Below are positions 1 through 9,557 of a DNA stretch of 64,000 bases, one piece after another. The notes under the pieces were generated by a model, which worked only from the letters and a program-made list of their open reading frames with translations, did no database searches and was not told where the DNA came from. The DNA comes from Caldisericia bacterium (GTDB lineage: Bacteria; Caldisericota; Caldisericia; JAAYUI01). A program made the position numbers and the translations under genes. Location of the stretch: assembly GCA_017992555.1 (NCBI GenBank), contig JAGOOK010000001.1, positions 36,134 through 100,133 on the forward strand, read 5' to 3'. Within the stretch, counting starts at the first letter, position 1. Every line of letters starts with the position of its first letter.

Positions 1-147
1 TCTGTAACTTTTTCTCATTTTCCTCATTCTACTATATACGTAGCGCTTTCAGTTTTTGTTACCCAAAATATATACACACAAACGCCACACGTGTTTATCA
101 ATTTTATTATTGTGCTATTCATGTGTCAAGCGTATTTTTTCCATTAC

Positions 148-175
148 TTGAGTTAAAAAGCGTCCATGCTAGAAT
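148..175 (+). promoter_or_regulatory. putative sigma70-type promoter TTGAGT-16nt-TAGAAT, 8 nt upstream of the ATG at 184 (leaderless or near-leaderless mRNA)
   Basis: Hexamers read at 148-153 and 170-175. No Shine-Dalgarno between the -10 and the ATG. Confidence 0.4.
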
Positions 176-183
176 TGTTTTAA

Positions 184-2352
184 ATGAAAAAAACGATAAA
201 TTATATCATCTTGGTTATCTTTATATTAACTATCTTACCTGTACACAAAGTCTTTTCAGAAGAGCAAAAACCTTGTTTTCTTATCATTTCAAAACACTCA
301 CAGGCACTTTTGGATGAGCTGGTCAAATCCAAAGAGGCGGCAGGGTTTCAAGTTAAGTATATAAATATTGGTGAGATACCACACGATAATGATCTTGGGC
401 CGAAAGATATCAGAATATTCTTGAAGAAAAATAAAGATGCCTGGAACATAAAATATCTGCTTATAGTGGGAACAGAAGATACCGTGCCCATGATGTATTG
501 TTCCCCTGCCTCCGAGGGCGTTGTATCGAGAGACCTTGTTGATACGCCAACAGATTTCTATTATTCGTCGATCTATGATGATTGGGACAAGGATGATGAT
601 GGAAGGATCGGGGAGTACCCGGATGATGGGATAGCAGAACACAAAGCCGATATCTTTGTTGGCAGGATACCGTTTGATGAACCGAAAACAATTTCCGAAA
701 TTTCGAAATCAATGGCTGAATTCGACAGCCTGCCCGATTTCCAGAAAGCAAAGATGCTTTTTGGTGGTGCAATGCTTGGTTTCCAGGGTGAGGTCTGGGA
801 CGATAAGGTAATGGAAAGAACAGACGGCGGGGAATATTGCGAGAAAGTATATTCAGAAATTTTTAGTGGCAAGGGGTTTTCGAGATACAGACTCTATGAA
901 AAAGACGGTTTTCTTCCATCTCCATTTCAATGCGAAGAGCCGCTCAACGCAGAGACTTTCGGCTACCAGATACCAAACAGGTATGGGCTTGTCTTGTGGA
1001 CTGCCCATGGCTCGCCTGAACATATAGTTAGGACGGTATGGAACTCGGGTAGTGCCCAAAAATCCTCTCCTTCCAAGGCTGACCTATCACAGCCAAGACT
1101 CCTCAATTCAACGCAGATGACAGGTGTCAAAACCAGGTGGGGAATTGTTGTTTCAGCGTCCTGCTCAACATCAAACCCTTCGGCAGGGACAGGCCTGGGC
1201 GCTTCAGTAATCAAGGCTGGTGCCTCAGCTTATGTCGGTTCAACCAGAGTCGCGTGGTCGCCATCATACTGGAGGAAGCTGGAAGATGGCGGAATGGACA
1301 CAATTTTATACCTGTTTTGCCAGTATCTTTCTGTTCCGGGCACATCGGTAGGCCAGGCAATCGCACAGGCAAGGGTAGAGTTTGCCAAAAAATATTTCTT
1401 TGGTGATGTTGAAGACCCTATTGAGTCGGCCCAGATGAATATCTACAACTTCAACCTCTATGGCGATCCATCGGTTTGCCTGATAAAAGGTGATGCTGGA
1501 GGAAGCGTCGAAATCCTTGAACCAAGCATCAGCGCCTCTCCTGGAGAAGTGGCAAAATGGGAGGCAAATATTTCCGGCAGCGATTTGACTGGCAATATCT
1601 TTCAGGTGATCCCGGACAAGCAGGACATGAGTTGGGCCGTCCCGGAAGTCGTGGTTACTGGAAACAAGCTTGTTTTGACAGCAGAGATCCCATCATCAGT
1701 TCCTAACGGCAAGAGGTTTTGGATACTCCACCAGAAGAGGGGCGACCTGTCGTTGCAAATACCGATAGTTCTCAATATTGTGCCAAAACCGGAGGCCAGC
1801 TTTGAGTTTTCATCAGGGGATGATGTAATAATTCCGTTCTCAAGGGTCAAGTCCAACCTTAATTTGACACAGAAAACAAAATACCTTGAGGTCACACTGA
1901 AATATGATCCTGACAAAATCAAGTTTGTTTCCATAGATCAGCCATCAAAAAAATCAGATGTTTTCTCGTTTTTTGATAACCATTTTGGTCTTGCATACAT
2001 CAGGGTTTCAGGAGTTTCCGAGGTACTACCGCTGATAAACTTCAGGGTGATGAAATTCACGGGAAAAACATCAATCGATGTATCAAAAATTGTTGCAATG
2101 ACAGACAGACCGGAGGCTTTAGCCATTCAGGCCAAATCGTTTGAAATAACAATTGGGGAGAAAGAACTCTGGATTTCTAGGGCCGATTTTGACAAATCCG
2201 GTAAAGTCGATTCTTTTGATCTAGCGCTTCTTTTGTCGCGAATCGGGTGCACAAAACAGGACCCAAAATATGATCCAGTTTATGATCTGGATGGCAACGG
2301 CCTGATAGATTTTGTCGATTACAACCTTGCTTTCAAAAGAATCAGTGGTTGA
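184..2352 (+). CDS. secreted peptidase C25 (gingipain-like) family protein with C-terminal cohesin-like and dockerin-like modules
   Basis: N-terminal signal peptide (MKKTINYIILVIFILTILPV). C25-like motifs: YLLIVGTEDTVP, TDFYYS, DIFVGRIPFDE, candidate catalytic His (WTAHGSPEH) and Cys (VVSASCSTSN). The C-terminus has two Ca-binding dockerin-type repeats (DFDKSGKVDSFD, DLDGNGLIDFVD). Confidence 0.7.
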   Translation: MKKTINYIILVIFILTILPVHKVFSEEQKPCFLIISKHSQALLDELVKSKEAAGFQVKYINIGEIPHDNDLGPKDIRIFLKKNKDAWNIKYLLIVGTEDTVPMMYCSPASEGVVSRDLVDTPTDFYYSSIYDDWDKDDDGRIGEYPDDGIAEHKADIFVGRIPFDEPKTISEISKSMAEFDSLPDFQKAKMLFGGAMLGFQGEVWDDKVMERTDGGEYCEKVYSEIFSGKGFSRYRLYEKDGFLPSPFQCEEPLNAETFGYQIPNRYGLVLWTAHGSPEHIVRTVWNSGSAQKSSPSKADLSQPRLLNSTQMTGVKTRWGIVVSASCSTSNPSAGTGLGASVIKAGASAYVGSTRVAWSPSYWRKLEDGGMDTILYLFCQYLSVPGTSVGQAIAQARVEFAKKYFFGDVEDPIESAQMNIYNFNLYGDPSVCLIKGDAGGSVEILEPSISASPGEVAKWEANISGSDLTGNIFQVIPDKQDMSWAVPEVVVTGNKLVLTAEIPSSVPNGKRFWILHQKRGDLSLQIPIVLNIVPKPEASFEFSSGDDVIIPFSRVKSNLNLTQKTKYLEVTLKYDPDKIKFVSIDQPSKKSDVFSFFDNHFGLAYIRVSGVSEVLPLINFRVMKFTGKTSIDVSKIVAMTDRPEALAIQAKSFEITIGEKELWISRADFDKSGKVDSFDLALLLSRIGCTKQDPKYDPVYDLDGNGLIDFVDYNLAFKRISG

Positions 2353-3850
2353 AGTGTCTCTGCCCTGAAAATACCAACCCAATCCCAAGTTTGTTTGCTG
2401 CAGCGATCACTTCATTGTCCCTGATAGAGCCACCTGGTTCAATGATTGCTTTTACACCAAAGCTTGCCGCATGTTCGATAGAATCTGCAAATGGGAAGTA
2501 TGCATCAGAGGCAAGATAGGAGCCCTTGGCTTTTTCACCGGCCTGTGATGAGGCGATTTTCACGGAACCAACCCTGTTTGGTTGCCCAGCACCAACACCT
2601 ATTGTTGCAAAATATTTTGCCAAAACTATTGCATTGGATTTCACATGCTTGGCCACTGCCATGGCAAAGGTGAGTTGTTCAAGGTCATGCTCGGACACCG
2701 GGGTTTCGCCAACAATCTTGAATGAGTCGGCCAAACTGAGGTCTGGTTGCTGGAGAAGAGTTCCAAACATTGTTGATCTGATGGCAAATTTTGCCCTGGG
2801 AAGATCTTTGTTGTATGTCACCAGTCTTGTATTTTTTTTCTTTGCAAAGATGGAGAGTGCCTCTTTGCTGAAATCTTTTGCGATAATCACTTCGACAAAT
2901 AGTTTTCCAACCTCGATTGCTGCTTCCTCATCAATTATGCCGTTTATAGCAACGATACCACCATACGCGGAAACCGGGTCACATTCCAGTGCCCTCAGAT
3001 AGGCCTCTTTCATGCTTGCGCCTATCGCTACCCCGCATGGAGTGAGGTGTTTGACAATTACAGCACATGTTGGACCAAACTCCAGCAGTGTCGAGAGCGC
3101 AGCATCAATGTCGAGGATGTTGTTGTAGGATAGCTCTTTTCCTTGCAATGATGCAATCGGCCATTCGTTGTTGCCGACAGAATAAAGCCCGGCCTGCTGG
3201 TGAGGGTTTTCACCGTATCTAAGCGGCATTATTTGCCTTGTGTGGATTATTTCGGGAACACCAAACTGGTCCTTTGGAAGACCTTCAAGGTATTCTGATA
3301 TTGCACCATCATAGGCATTAGTCGTTCTGAAAGCCCTGATTGCAAGCGATTTCTTGTACTCAATGTCAAACCTGCCAAGCGAAAGCCTCTCGATGAACTC
3401 ACTATACTGTGAAGGATCACTAAGGATTGTGACGTGCTGGAAATTCTTTGCGCTTGCACGGAGGAGCGTAACGCCACCGATGTCAATCTCTTCGATGGCT
3501 TTCTCGAGGGTGCAGTCCTGTGATGCGATAGTTTTTTCAAAAGGATATAGGTTACAAACCACTATGTCTATTGACTCTGCAGTCATTTTACCAAGCTCTT
3601 CCATGTCTTTGGGATTATCTCTCCTGCAAAGTATTCCGGCATGGATTTTGGGATGGAGCGTCTTGACTCTGCCGCCAAGGACCTCGGGTGAGCCTGTATA
3701 GTTGGCAACCTCAGTAATCTGGAAACCAAGCTTTCTAAGATGTTCTGCTGTTCCACCTGTTGAAAGGATTTTATAGCCTGTCTGTGTTATTGCCCTGGCG
3801 AGTGGCTCAAGTCCTGTTTTATCGTGCACTGAGATGAGAACGTAGCTCAT
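2342..3850 (-). CDS. purH: bifunctional AICAR transformylase / IMP cyclohydrolase
   Basis: Full-length match by eye to PurH: MGS-like N-terminus (LISVHDKTGL) and the typical C-terminal RHFNH end. Confidence 0.95.
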   Translation of the reverse strand: MSYVLISVHDKTGLEPLARAITQTGYKILSTGGTAEHLRKLGFQITEVANYTGSPEVLGGRVKTLHPKIHAGILCRRDNPKDMEELGKMTAESIDIVVCNLYPFEKTIASQDCTLEKAIEEIDIGGVTLLRASAKNFQHVTILSDPSQYSEFIERLSLGRFDIEYKKSLAIRAFRTTNAYDGAISEYLEGLPKDQFGVPEIIHTRQIMPLRYGENPHQQAGLYSVGNNEWPIASLQGKELSYNNILDIDAALSTLLEFGPTCAVIVKHLTPCGVAIGASMKEAYLRALECDPVSAYGGIVAINGIIDEEAAIEVGKLFVEVIIAKDFSKEALSIFAKKKNTRLVTYNKDLPRAKFAIRSTMFGTLLQQPDLSLADSFKIVGETPVSEHDLEQLTFAMAVAKHVKSNAIVLAKYFATIGVGAGQPNRVGSVKIASSQAGEKAKGSYLASDAYFPFADSIEHAASFGVKAIIEPGGSIRDNEVIAAANKLGIGLVFSGQRHFNH

Positions 3851-4458
3851 TGCTCCTCCTTTATTGATGCCCTTCTTCCAGAAACGCTTACTCTTCCCTC
3901 AAGCATGATTTTGCACGCCCTCCAGAGTGTGTCGTGTTCTACTGAAAGTATCCTATCGGCAAGCGTTTCTTCGGTGTCTGTTTCAAGAACTTCTACAGTC
4001 CTCTGGATGAGTATGGGGCCTGTGTCGCAACCTTCATCAACTATGAATACTGTGCACCCGGAGACCTTCACTCCATAATCAAATGCCTGTTTTTGTGCAT
4101 CAAGGCCCGGAAAAGACGGCAAAAGCGAAGGATGGATATTAATGACCCTGTTTGGGAAGTGTCTGATGAAATTGGGTGTTACAAGCATCATGAATCCGGC
4201 AAGTACTATCAAATTGGCACCTGACAGAGCAATGATGTCTGCCAGATGATCAAAAAAGGTTTCCCTTGATGCAAATTCTTTTAACTTGCAAATTTGGTAT
4301 GGGATGTTTTTCTCTCTGCAAAATTCGAGCGCAGGCGCTTTTGATTTGTTTGAAACCACAAGGCAAATTTCTGCTTCTAGCTTGCCCTGTTCTATTGCGC
4401 TGTAGAGCGCCCTGAGATTGGAGCCCCTGCCAGATACTAGAACTGCAATCTTTTTCAT
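3847..4458 (-). CDS. purN: phosphoribosylglycinamide formyltransferase
   Basis: VLVSGRGSNL and INIHPSLLP motifs. 4-nt overlap with purH. Confidence 0.93.
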   Translation of the reverse strand: MKKIAVLVSGRGSNLRALYSAIEQGKLEAEICLVVSNKSKAPALEFCREKNIPYQICKLKEFASRETFFDHLADIIALSGANLIVLAGFMMLVTPNFIRHFPNRVINIHPSLLPSFPGLDAQKQAFDYGVKVSGCTVFIVDEGCDTGPILIQRTVEVLETDTEETLADRILSVEHDTLWRACKIMLEGRVSVSGRRASIKEEQ

Positions 4459-5459
4459 CAGACAAGCCCGAAAGAAGGCTCCCCGTCACCCTCAACTGTC
4501 CCTATGGCCGCAGAACCAGGATAAAGTGACATTGTTTTTGGGACTTCTTCTTCGGACACAAACAGTGCCATGCCGATTCCCATGTTGAAGGTCCTGAATG
4601 CGTCTTCGTCTGAAAGTTTGGCTTCCTTTACCAGGAACTCGATTATCGGGATTTTTGGGAGGCTGTTTCTTTTTACGACTGCTTTTCCGGAACCCATGAT
4701 TCTTGGAAGATTGTCAGAGAGGCCGCCACCTGTTATGTGGGAGATACCGTGGAGATCAACGGCTTGTGCTATCTTGACGATGTACTGGGAATATATTTTT
4801 GTTGGCTCGAGAAGTGCTAGACCGAGGTGGTCAATCCCGTCAAATCTGGAGTCCAGGGGATACTTCGATGCGATTTTTCTGGCAAGCGAATATCCGTTTG
4901 AATGGAGCCCTGAGGATGGCAGTCCAACTATCACATCACCTTTTTTTATCTTTGACCCGTCGATTATTTTTGATTTTTCTACTATTCCAACTGCAAAACC
5001 GGCAAGATCATATTCGTTGGGCTGGTAGATGTCGCCCATCTGGGCAGTTTCACCGCCTATGAGGGCACAACCAGCCTGAACGCAACCCTCAGCCACACCT
5101 TTTATTATCTGGTATGATACTTCTTCATCGAGCCTGTTTACAGCAAGGTAATCAAGGAAGTACAGTGGTTTTGCGCCTGAACACACTATGTCGTCAACGT
5201 TCATGGCAACGCAATCAATGCCAACCGTGTCGTGTTTGCCAAGTGCCTGGGCGATCTTCACCTTTGTCCCGACACCATCGGCACCTGAGACCATGACCGG
5301 ATTTGAGTATCCGCCTGGGACCTCAAAAAAACCGCCAAAGAAACCTATTCCACCCAAGACACCGGGAATAATCGTCCTTTTTGCGGCCTCTTTTATTTTT
5401 TCGACGAACCTGTCTGAGGCGTCAATAGAAACTCCTGTTGACTCATAGGCCTTGCTCAT
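4458..5459 (-). CDS. purM: phosphoribosylformylglycinamidine cyclo-ligase (AIR synthetase)
   Basis: DGVGTK motif and AIRS N/C domain pattern. Sits in the pur operon. Confidence 0.95.
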   Translation of the reverse strand: MSKAYESTGVSIDASDRFVEKIKEAAKRTIIPGVLGGIGFFGGFFEVPGGYSNPVMVSGADGVGTKVKIAQALGKHDTVGIDCVAMNVDDIVCSGAKPLYFLDYLAVNRLDEEVSYQIIKGVAEGCVQAGCALIGGETAQMGDIYQPNEYDLAGFAVGIVEKSKIIDGSKIKKGDVIVGLPSSGLHSNGYSLARKIASKYPLDSRFDGIDHLGLALLEPTKIYSQYIVKIAQAVDLHGISHITGGGLSDNLPRIMGSGKAVVKRNSLPKIPIIEFLVKEAKLSDEDAFRTFNMGIGMALFVSEEEVPKTMSLYPGSAAIGTVEGDGEPSFGLV

Positions 5460-7647
5460 CCATCACCTTCCTCAGGGAATTCTCATAGAGCTCCTTTAGC
5501 TCCTGCACTGGGATATCAAATGAACCTGTCACCGATAGCGTTTTCCCACCAACAACGCCTAGGATTTTAATTTGTGTTTCATTCTGGGCGCATATCTCGG
5601 TGAGCCTTGAGACACAATCTGGTGAAACAGTCACCAGCGCCCTTGCATTGCTCTCGGAGAAAAGCTGTTCTGTTATATGGATGCCGGTTGCCTTCAGGGC
5701 GATTTGTGCGCCAAGGCCAGAGTTGCACACACATTCAACGAGTGCCTGTGCGAGGCCGCCTTCCGAGAGGTCGGTTGCTGAACGGATAATTCCTTCACCG
5801 GTTGCCGCGATAAGTGTTTTTGAAAGTGAAACCTCTGCATTAATTCTGATCATTGGTGGTGTGCCAAAAGTCTCTCCGGTGAGCATTTCAAAGAGTGCTG
5901 ATCCACCGAGTTCCGATAATGTTTCACCAAGTAGCACGATGACGTCCCCGGTGTTTTGGAAGTCTGGCTTGTTTATCTTTCCCGCCCTTGCCTTGCCAAC
6001 CATCACTACGACAGGGGTCGGTTTTATGGCTCCACTCGGGCTTTCGTTGTAGAAGCTGACGTTTCCGGAAATAACCGGGATGTTGAGGGCCCTCAGGGCA
6101 TCGCACATTCCAAGGACACTCTGCTCGAATTCGTAGTAGATTTCAGGATTGGTTGGATTACCAAAATTCAGGCAGTCAGAAACGGCAAGCGGGGTGAATC
6201 CTGCCGCCCACAAATTTCTTGCCGCCTCGCAGATTGTTGCCTGGCCCCCGCCAAATGGATTCAGGTAGCAATGCCTCGGCTTTGCGTCGGATTTGATGGC
6301 AAGCAGCGTGTCAGTGCCCTTGACCCTTACGATTCCAGGGCCAAGCGATGGTGGTATTACTGTGTTTGTGAGGAGTGTTGTGTCGTACTGGTGCCACACC
6401 CATTCCCTTGAACAGCCGTTGAAGGATGAGGCCATCTTTTTTACAAGATTGGCATAGTCCCATGACGGAACCTGGAAACCATGCGGCTCCCTGCGCCTCT
6501 CTTCAAGGTTTGGCCTTGACGTGTCCATCTTGTAGCACGGAGCGCCCTTGGTGAGGTGTGGTATCGGGATTGTTGCGACGACATCACCATTTTCAATGAC
6601 TGTTAGTAATCCATCGGCCGTTACTTCGCCAACAACCGCAGATTCCAGTTCCCATTTTGTGAGTATCTGGCTGACAGATTCGACCATATCAGGTTTGCAG
6701 ATGACCAGCATTCTTTCCTGGCTCTCTGAGAGCATGACCTCGTAGGCCGTCATATTTTCTGCGCGCTTTGGGACTGCATCGATGTTCAGGACGAGGCCCA
6801 TGTCGCCCCTTCCGGCCATTTCGACCGAGGAGGATGTTAGTCCGGCGGCACCAAGGTCCTGAACTCCCTCGACAAGGTCCTTCTCGATGAGCTCAAGGGT
6901 TGCCTCTATCAGGAGTTTCTCCAGGAACGGGTCGCCAACCTGTACTGCGGAGCGTTTCTCTTCAGACTCCTTTGAAAGGACGTCCGAGGCGAATGTTGCA
7001 CCGTGGATTCCGTCTCTTCCAGTCCTGGCACCTATGAGCATGACGATGTCACCTGGCTCGGAAGCTCTTGCGTAGCGGATTTCCTCTTTTTTGGCAATAC
7101 CAAGACAGAACACGTTCACCAGAGGATTTATAGTGTAAGATTTGTCAAAATGGAGTTCCCCGCCAGCATTTGGGACACCGACGCAATTGCCGTATCCGCT
7201 TATTCCAGCAACAACTCCCTCAAGGAGGTGTCTGTTGTGGGGGTCACTTGGATGGCCAAAAAACAGGGGATCAAGGGACAGGATGGGCCTGGCGCCCATT
7301 GTGAAAACGTCCCTTATGATGCCGCCAACACCTGTTGCGGCACCCTGGTATGGTTCTATGGCTGATGGGTGGTTGTGACTCTCGACCTTGAAGATTGCAG
7401 TGTATCCATCGCCAATATCCACTACGCCGGCGTTTTCACCGGGCCCCTGGATAACGGCAGGGCCCTGTGTTGGGAAATTCTTGAGCACCATTCTCGATGA
7501 TTTGTAGGAGCAATGCTCCGACCACATCACTGAGAATACGGCCAACTCAAGAAAATTTGGCATCTTACCGAGTCGTGTTTTTATGTCTTCAAACTCGACT
7601 TTTGTTAAACCAAAATTTTGCGCGTCCTGAAGTGTTCCTTCTCTCAT
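5443..7647 (-). CDS. purL: phosphoribosylformylglycinamidine synthase subunit PurL
   Basis: 734 aa with SEHCSYK, ESHNHPS and duplicated AIRS-like domains. Confidence 0.95.
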   Translation of the reverse strand: MREGTLQDAQNFGLTKVEFEDIKTRLGKMPNFLELAVFSVMWSEHCSYKSSRMVLKNFPTQGPAVIQGPGENAGVVDIGDGYTAIFKVESHNHPSAIEPYQGAATGVGGIIRDVFTMGARPILSLDPLFFGHPSDPHNRHLLEGVVAGISGYGNCVGVPNAGGELHFDKSYTINPLVNVFCLGIAKKEEIRYARASEPGDIVMLIGARTGRDGIHGATFASDVLSKESEEKRSAVQVGDPFLEKLLIEATLELIEKDLVEGVQDLGAAGLTSSSVEMAGRGDMGLVLNIDAVPKRAENMTAYEVMLSESQERMLVICKPDMVESVSQILTKWELESAVVGEVTADGLLTVIENGDVVATIPIPHLTKGAPCYKMDTSRPNLEERRREPHGFQVPSWDYANLVKKMASSFNGCSREWVWHQYDTTLLTNTVIPPSLGPGIVRVKGTDTLLAIKSDAKPRHCYLNPFGGGQATICEAARNLWAAGFTPLAVSDCLNFGNPTNPEIYYEFEQSVLGMCDALRALNIPVISGNVSFYNESPSGAIKPTPVVVMVGKARAGKINKPDFQNTGDVIVLLGETLSELGGSALFEMLTGETFGTPPMIRINAEVSLSKTLIAATGEGIIRSATDLSEGGLAQALVECVCNSGLGAQIALKATGIHITEQLFSESNARALVTVSPDCVSRLTEICAQNETQIKILGVVGGKTLSVTGSFDIPVQELKELYENSLRKVMDEQGL

Positions 7648-8840
7648 GGCCTCGATACTATCAATTTCGTGTCTCTGGCGATCACAAGCTCTTCGTTGGT
7701 CGGGATGACAAGGACTTTGATCTTCGAATCTGCCGTGCTTATGTCGCGCGCTTCCTTTGACCTTGCGGCGTTTTTCTCCTGATCAAGATTGATTCCAAGG
7801 AATTCAAGTCCTGCAAGCGAGTCCCTTCTTGTCAGGTCGGAATTTTCGCCTATTCCTGCTGTGAAAACGACCGCATCCAGTCCACTCATTGCGGCGGCGT
7901 ATGCGCCGATGTATTTCTTTATTCTTCTGCAGAACATTATGTGCGCAAGTGTGCACATTTCATCGCCTTTAAGGTACCCTTCCTCAACGTCTCTTGAGTC
8001 ATTGTAGCCAGAAATCCCAAGCAGGCCTGATTTTTTGTTTAGGATATTGTCAACACCCTTTGGGTCAAGTTTTTCTTTCTCCATTATGAAGAAGGGCAAG
8101 GCTGGATCGAGATCGCCACACCTTGTTCCCATGATGAGGCCTTCAAGCGGCGTCATGCCCATTGTTGTGTCTACTGATTTTCCACCATCAACAGCACATA
8201 TCGAACTGCCATTGCCGAGGTGGCATGTTATTATTTTCAGCTGGCTTGCGGGTTTGCCAAGGAATTTTGCAGCCTCTTGTGAGACAAAGAGGTGTGATGT
8301 GCCGTGGAATCCATACCTTCTGAAATGATGCTTCTTGTAGAGCTCGTATGGTATTGCGTAGAGGTATGACTCCCTTGGCATTGTCTGATGGAATGCCGTA
8401 TCAAAAACACCGACCTGTGGGGTGTCTGGAAGAAGTTTCTTGAAAGCACCTATACCGGCAAGGTTTGGTGGGTTATGAAGTGGGGCAAGGGGTATGCACT
8501 CTTCCATCTTTTTTATTACCTCTTCGGTCAGCAGCTGCGAACCGGAAAAAGTTTCTGCACCATGAACAACTCTGTGACCCACTGCCTTTATTTCGTGCAC
8601 ATCCTTTAGTGCCCCTCTATCCGGATCGGTTATGTTCTGGAGTATCCTTTTGATGCCGGTTTCATAGTCCGGCAGGGGCATTGTTTCTTTGTATTTTGTG
8701 TTCCCTTTTTTGTGGTTTACAATGCTTTCCTGGGTGCCGACCTTTTCAAGAAGCCCTGAACAGAGTTCCTGTTCGTTTTCCATGTTGTAGAGTTTGTACT
8801 TGATGGATGATGAACCGCAGTTGATGACCAGTACCTTCAC
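7644..8840 (-). CDS. ackA: acetate kinase
   Basis: MKVLVINCGSSSIKY N-terminus and GFHGTSH motif. GTG start with GGAGG 7 nt upstream. Confidence 0.95.
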   Translation of the reverse strand: MKVLVINCGSSSIKYKLYNMENEQELCSGLLEKVGTQESIVNHKKGNTKYKETMPLPDYETGIKRILQNITDPDRGALKDVHEIKAVGHRVVHGAETFSGSQLLTEEVIKKMEECIPLAPLHNPPNLAGIGAFKKLLPDTPQVGVFDTAFHQTMPRESYLYAIPYELYKKHHFRRYGFHGTSHLFVSQEAAKFLGKPASQLKIITCHLGNGSSICAVDGGKSVDTTMGMTPLEGLIMGTRCGDLDPALPFFIMEKEKLDPKGVDNILNKKSGLLGISGYNDSRDVEEGYLKGDEMCTLAHIMFCRRIKKYIGAYAAAMSGLDAVVFTAGIGENSDLTRRDSLAGLEFLGINLDQEKNAARSKEARDISTADSKIKVLVIPTNEELVIARDTKLIVSRP

Positions 8841-8891
8841 TTGGAATCCTCCTTAAGGGATTGTGTAAAGCATCACGCAAGGTATTACAAC

Positions 8892-8920
8892 AATAAATGA
8901 TTACAATTACCTTTTGTCAA
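8892..8920 (-). promoter_or_regulatory. possible promoter for ackA-pur operon (TTGACA-17nt-TTTATT)
   Basis: Perfect -35 on the minus strand (plus tgtcaa 8915-8920) but a weak -10. Intergenic, between bioY and ackA. Confidence 0.3.
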
Positions 8921-8974
8921 CTACAGAGCAAAAATTGTACACCCTATTCCTGCCCTTTCAAGATACTCTTGGGC

Positions 8975-9508
8975 TTATTGCCTGTTCTTTCCATAGTATG
9001 GAGAGAGCACAGATCCGATGATGTATATAATATAACCGAGGACAATATCTTTTGCAAAAAGCACAAGCAGGGTGATACTCAATATATCTGCGATGGCTTT
9101 TTGATTGCCAAGGAAGAAATAAGTGCAAATGTATGTGTATGCAATTCCAATTGCAAAAGCAGCGACAACTCCTGCTGCCACGGAAGTTATCTTCTTCCAG
9201 CCCTGCTTGTCCCATAACCACCCTGTAAGGAACGAGGAGAGCGGGAGTGCCAGAAGGTAGCCAAAAGACGGTTGCAGGACATACATTGGCCCGCCACCTT
9301 TTGCAAAGACCGGAAGGCCTATCAAACCTAGGACAAGATATATCCCCTGGGATGCCGGACCAAGCGCTTTGCCGAGGAAAATTCCGGATGCAATTGCTGT
9401 TGCAAGCTGGAATGTGAGCGGCAACCCCGGAAGCGGGATTTTCAGAAAAGCCGAAATAACAGAAAGGCTGACAAAAATAGCGACAAGGACCAAGTCTCTG
9501 GTTTTCAT
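8975..9508 (-). CDS. bioY: biotin transporter S component BioY
   Basis: BioY pattern: PLTFQ, GLPVFAKGGGP, PSFGYLL. Start set at the ATG at 9508 (MKTRDL). A GTG at 9565 overlapping the hemW stop is an alternative. Confidence 0.85.
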   Translation of the reverse strand: MKTRDLVLVAIFVSLSVISAFLKIPLPGLPLTFQLATAIASGIFLGKALGPASQGIYLVLGLIGLPVFAKGGGPMYVLQPSFGYLLALPLSSFLTGWLWDKQGWKKITSVAAGVVAAFAIGIAYTYICTYFFLGNQKAIADILSITLLVLFAKDIVLGYIIYIIGSVLSPYYGKNRQ

Positions 9509-9557
9509 GCTGGAAATACTATTATTGTTTTGATCTTTGGCAACCAACAATTGCCAG

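Noticed and set aside
87-94. 8-bp palindrome ACACGTGT upstream of the C25 peptidase promoter
   Set aside because: It is too short to distinguish from chance, and it has no second copy in the window.
123-317. 64-aa ORF overlapping the start of the C25 peptidase gene
   Set aside because: It is out of frame with a well-supported CDS and starts inside the promoter region. Its composition is that of an alternative-frame read.
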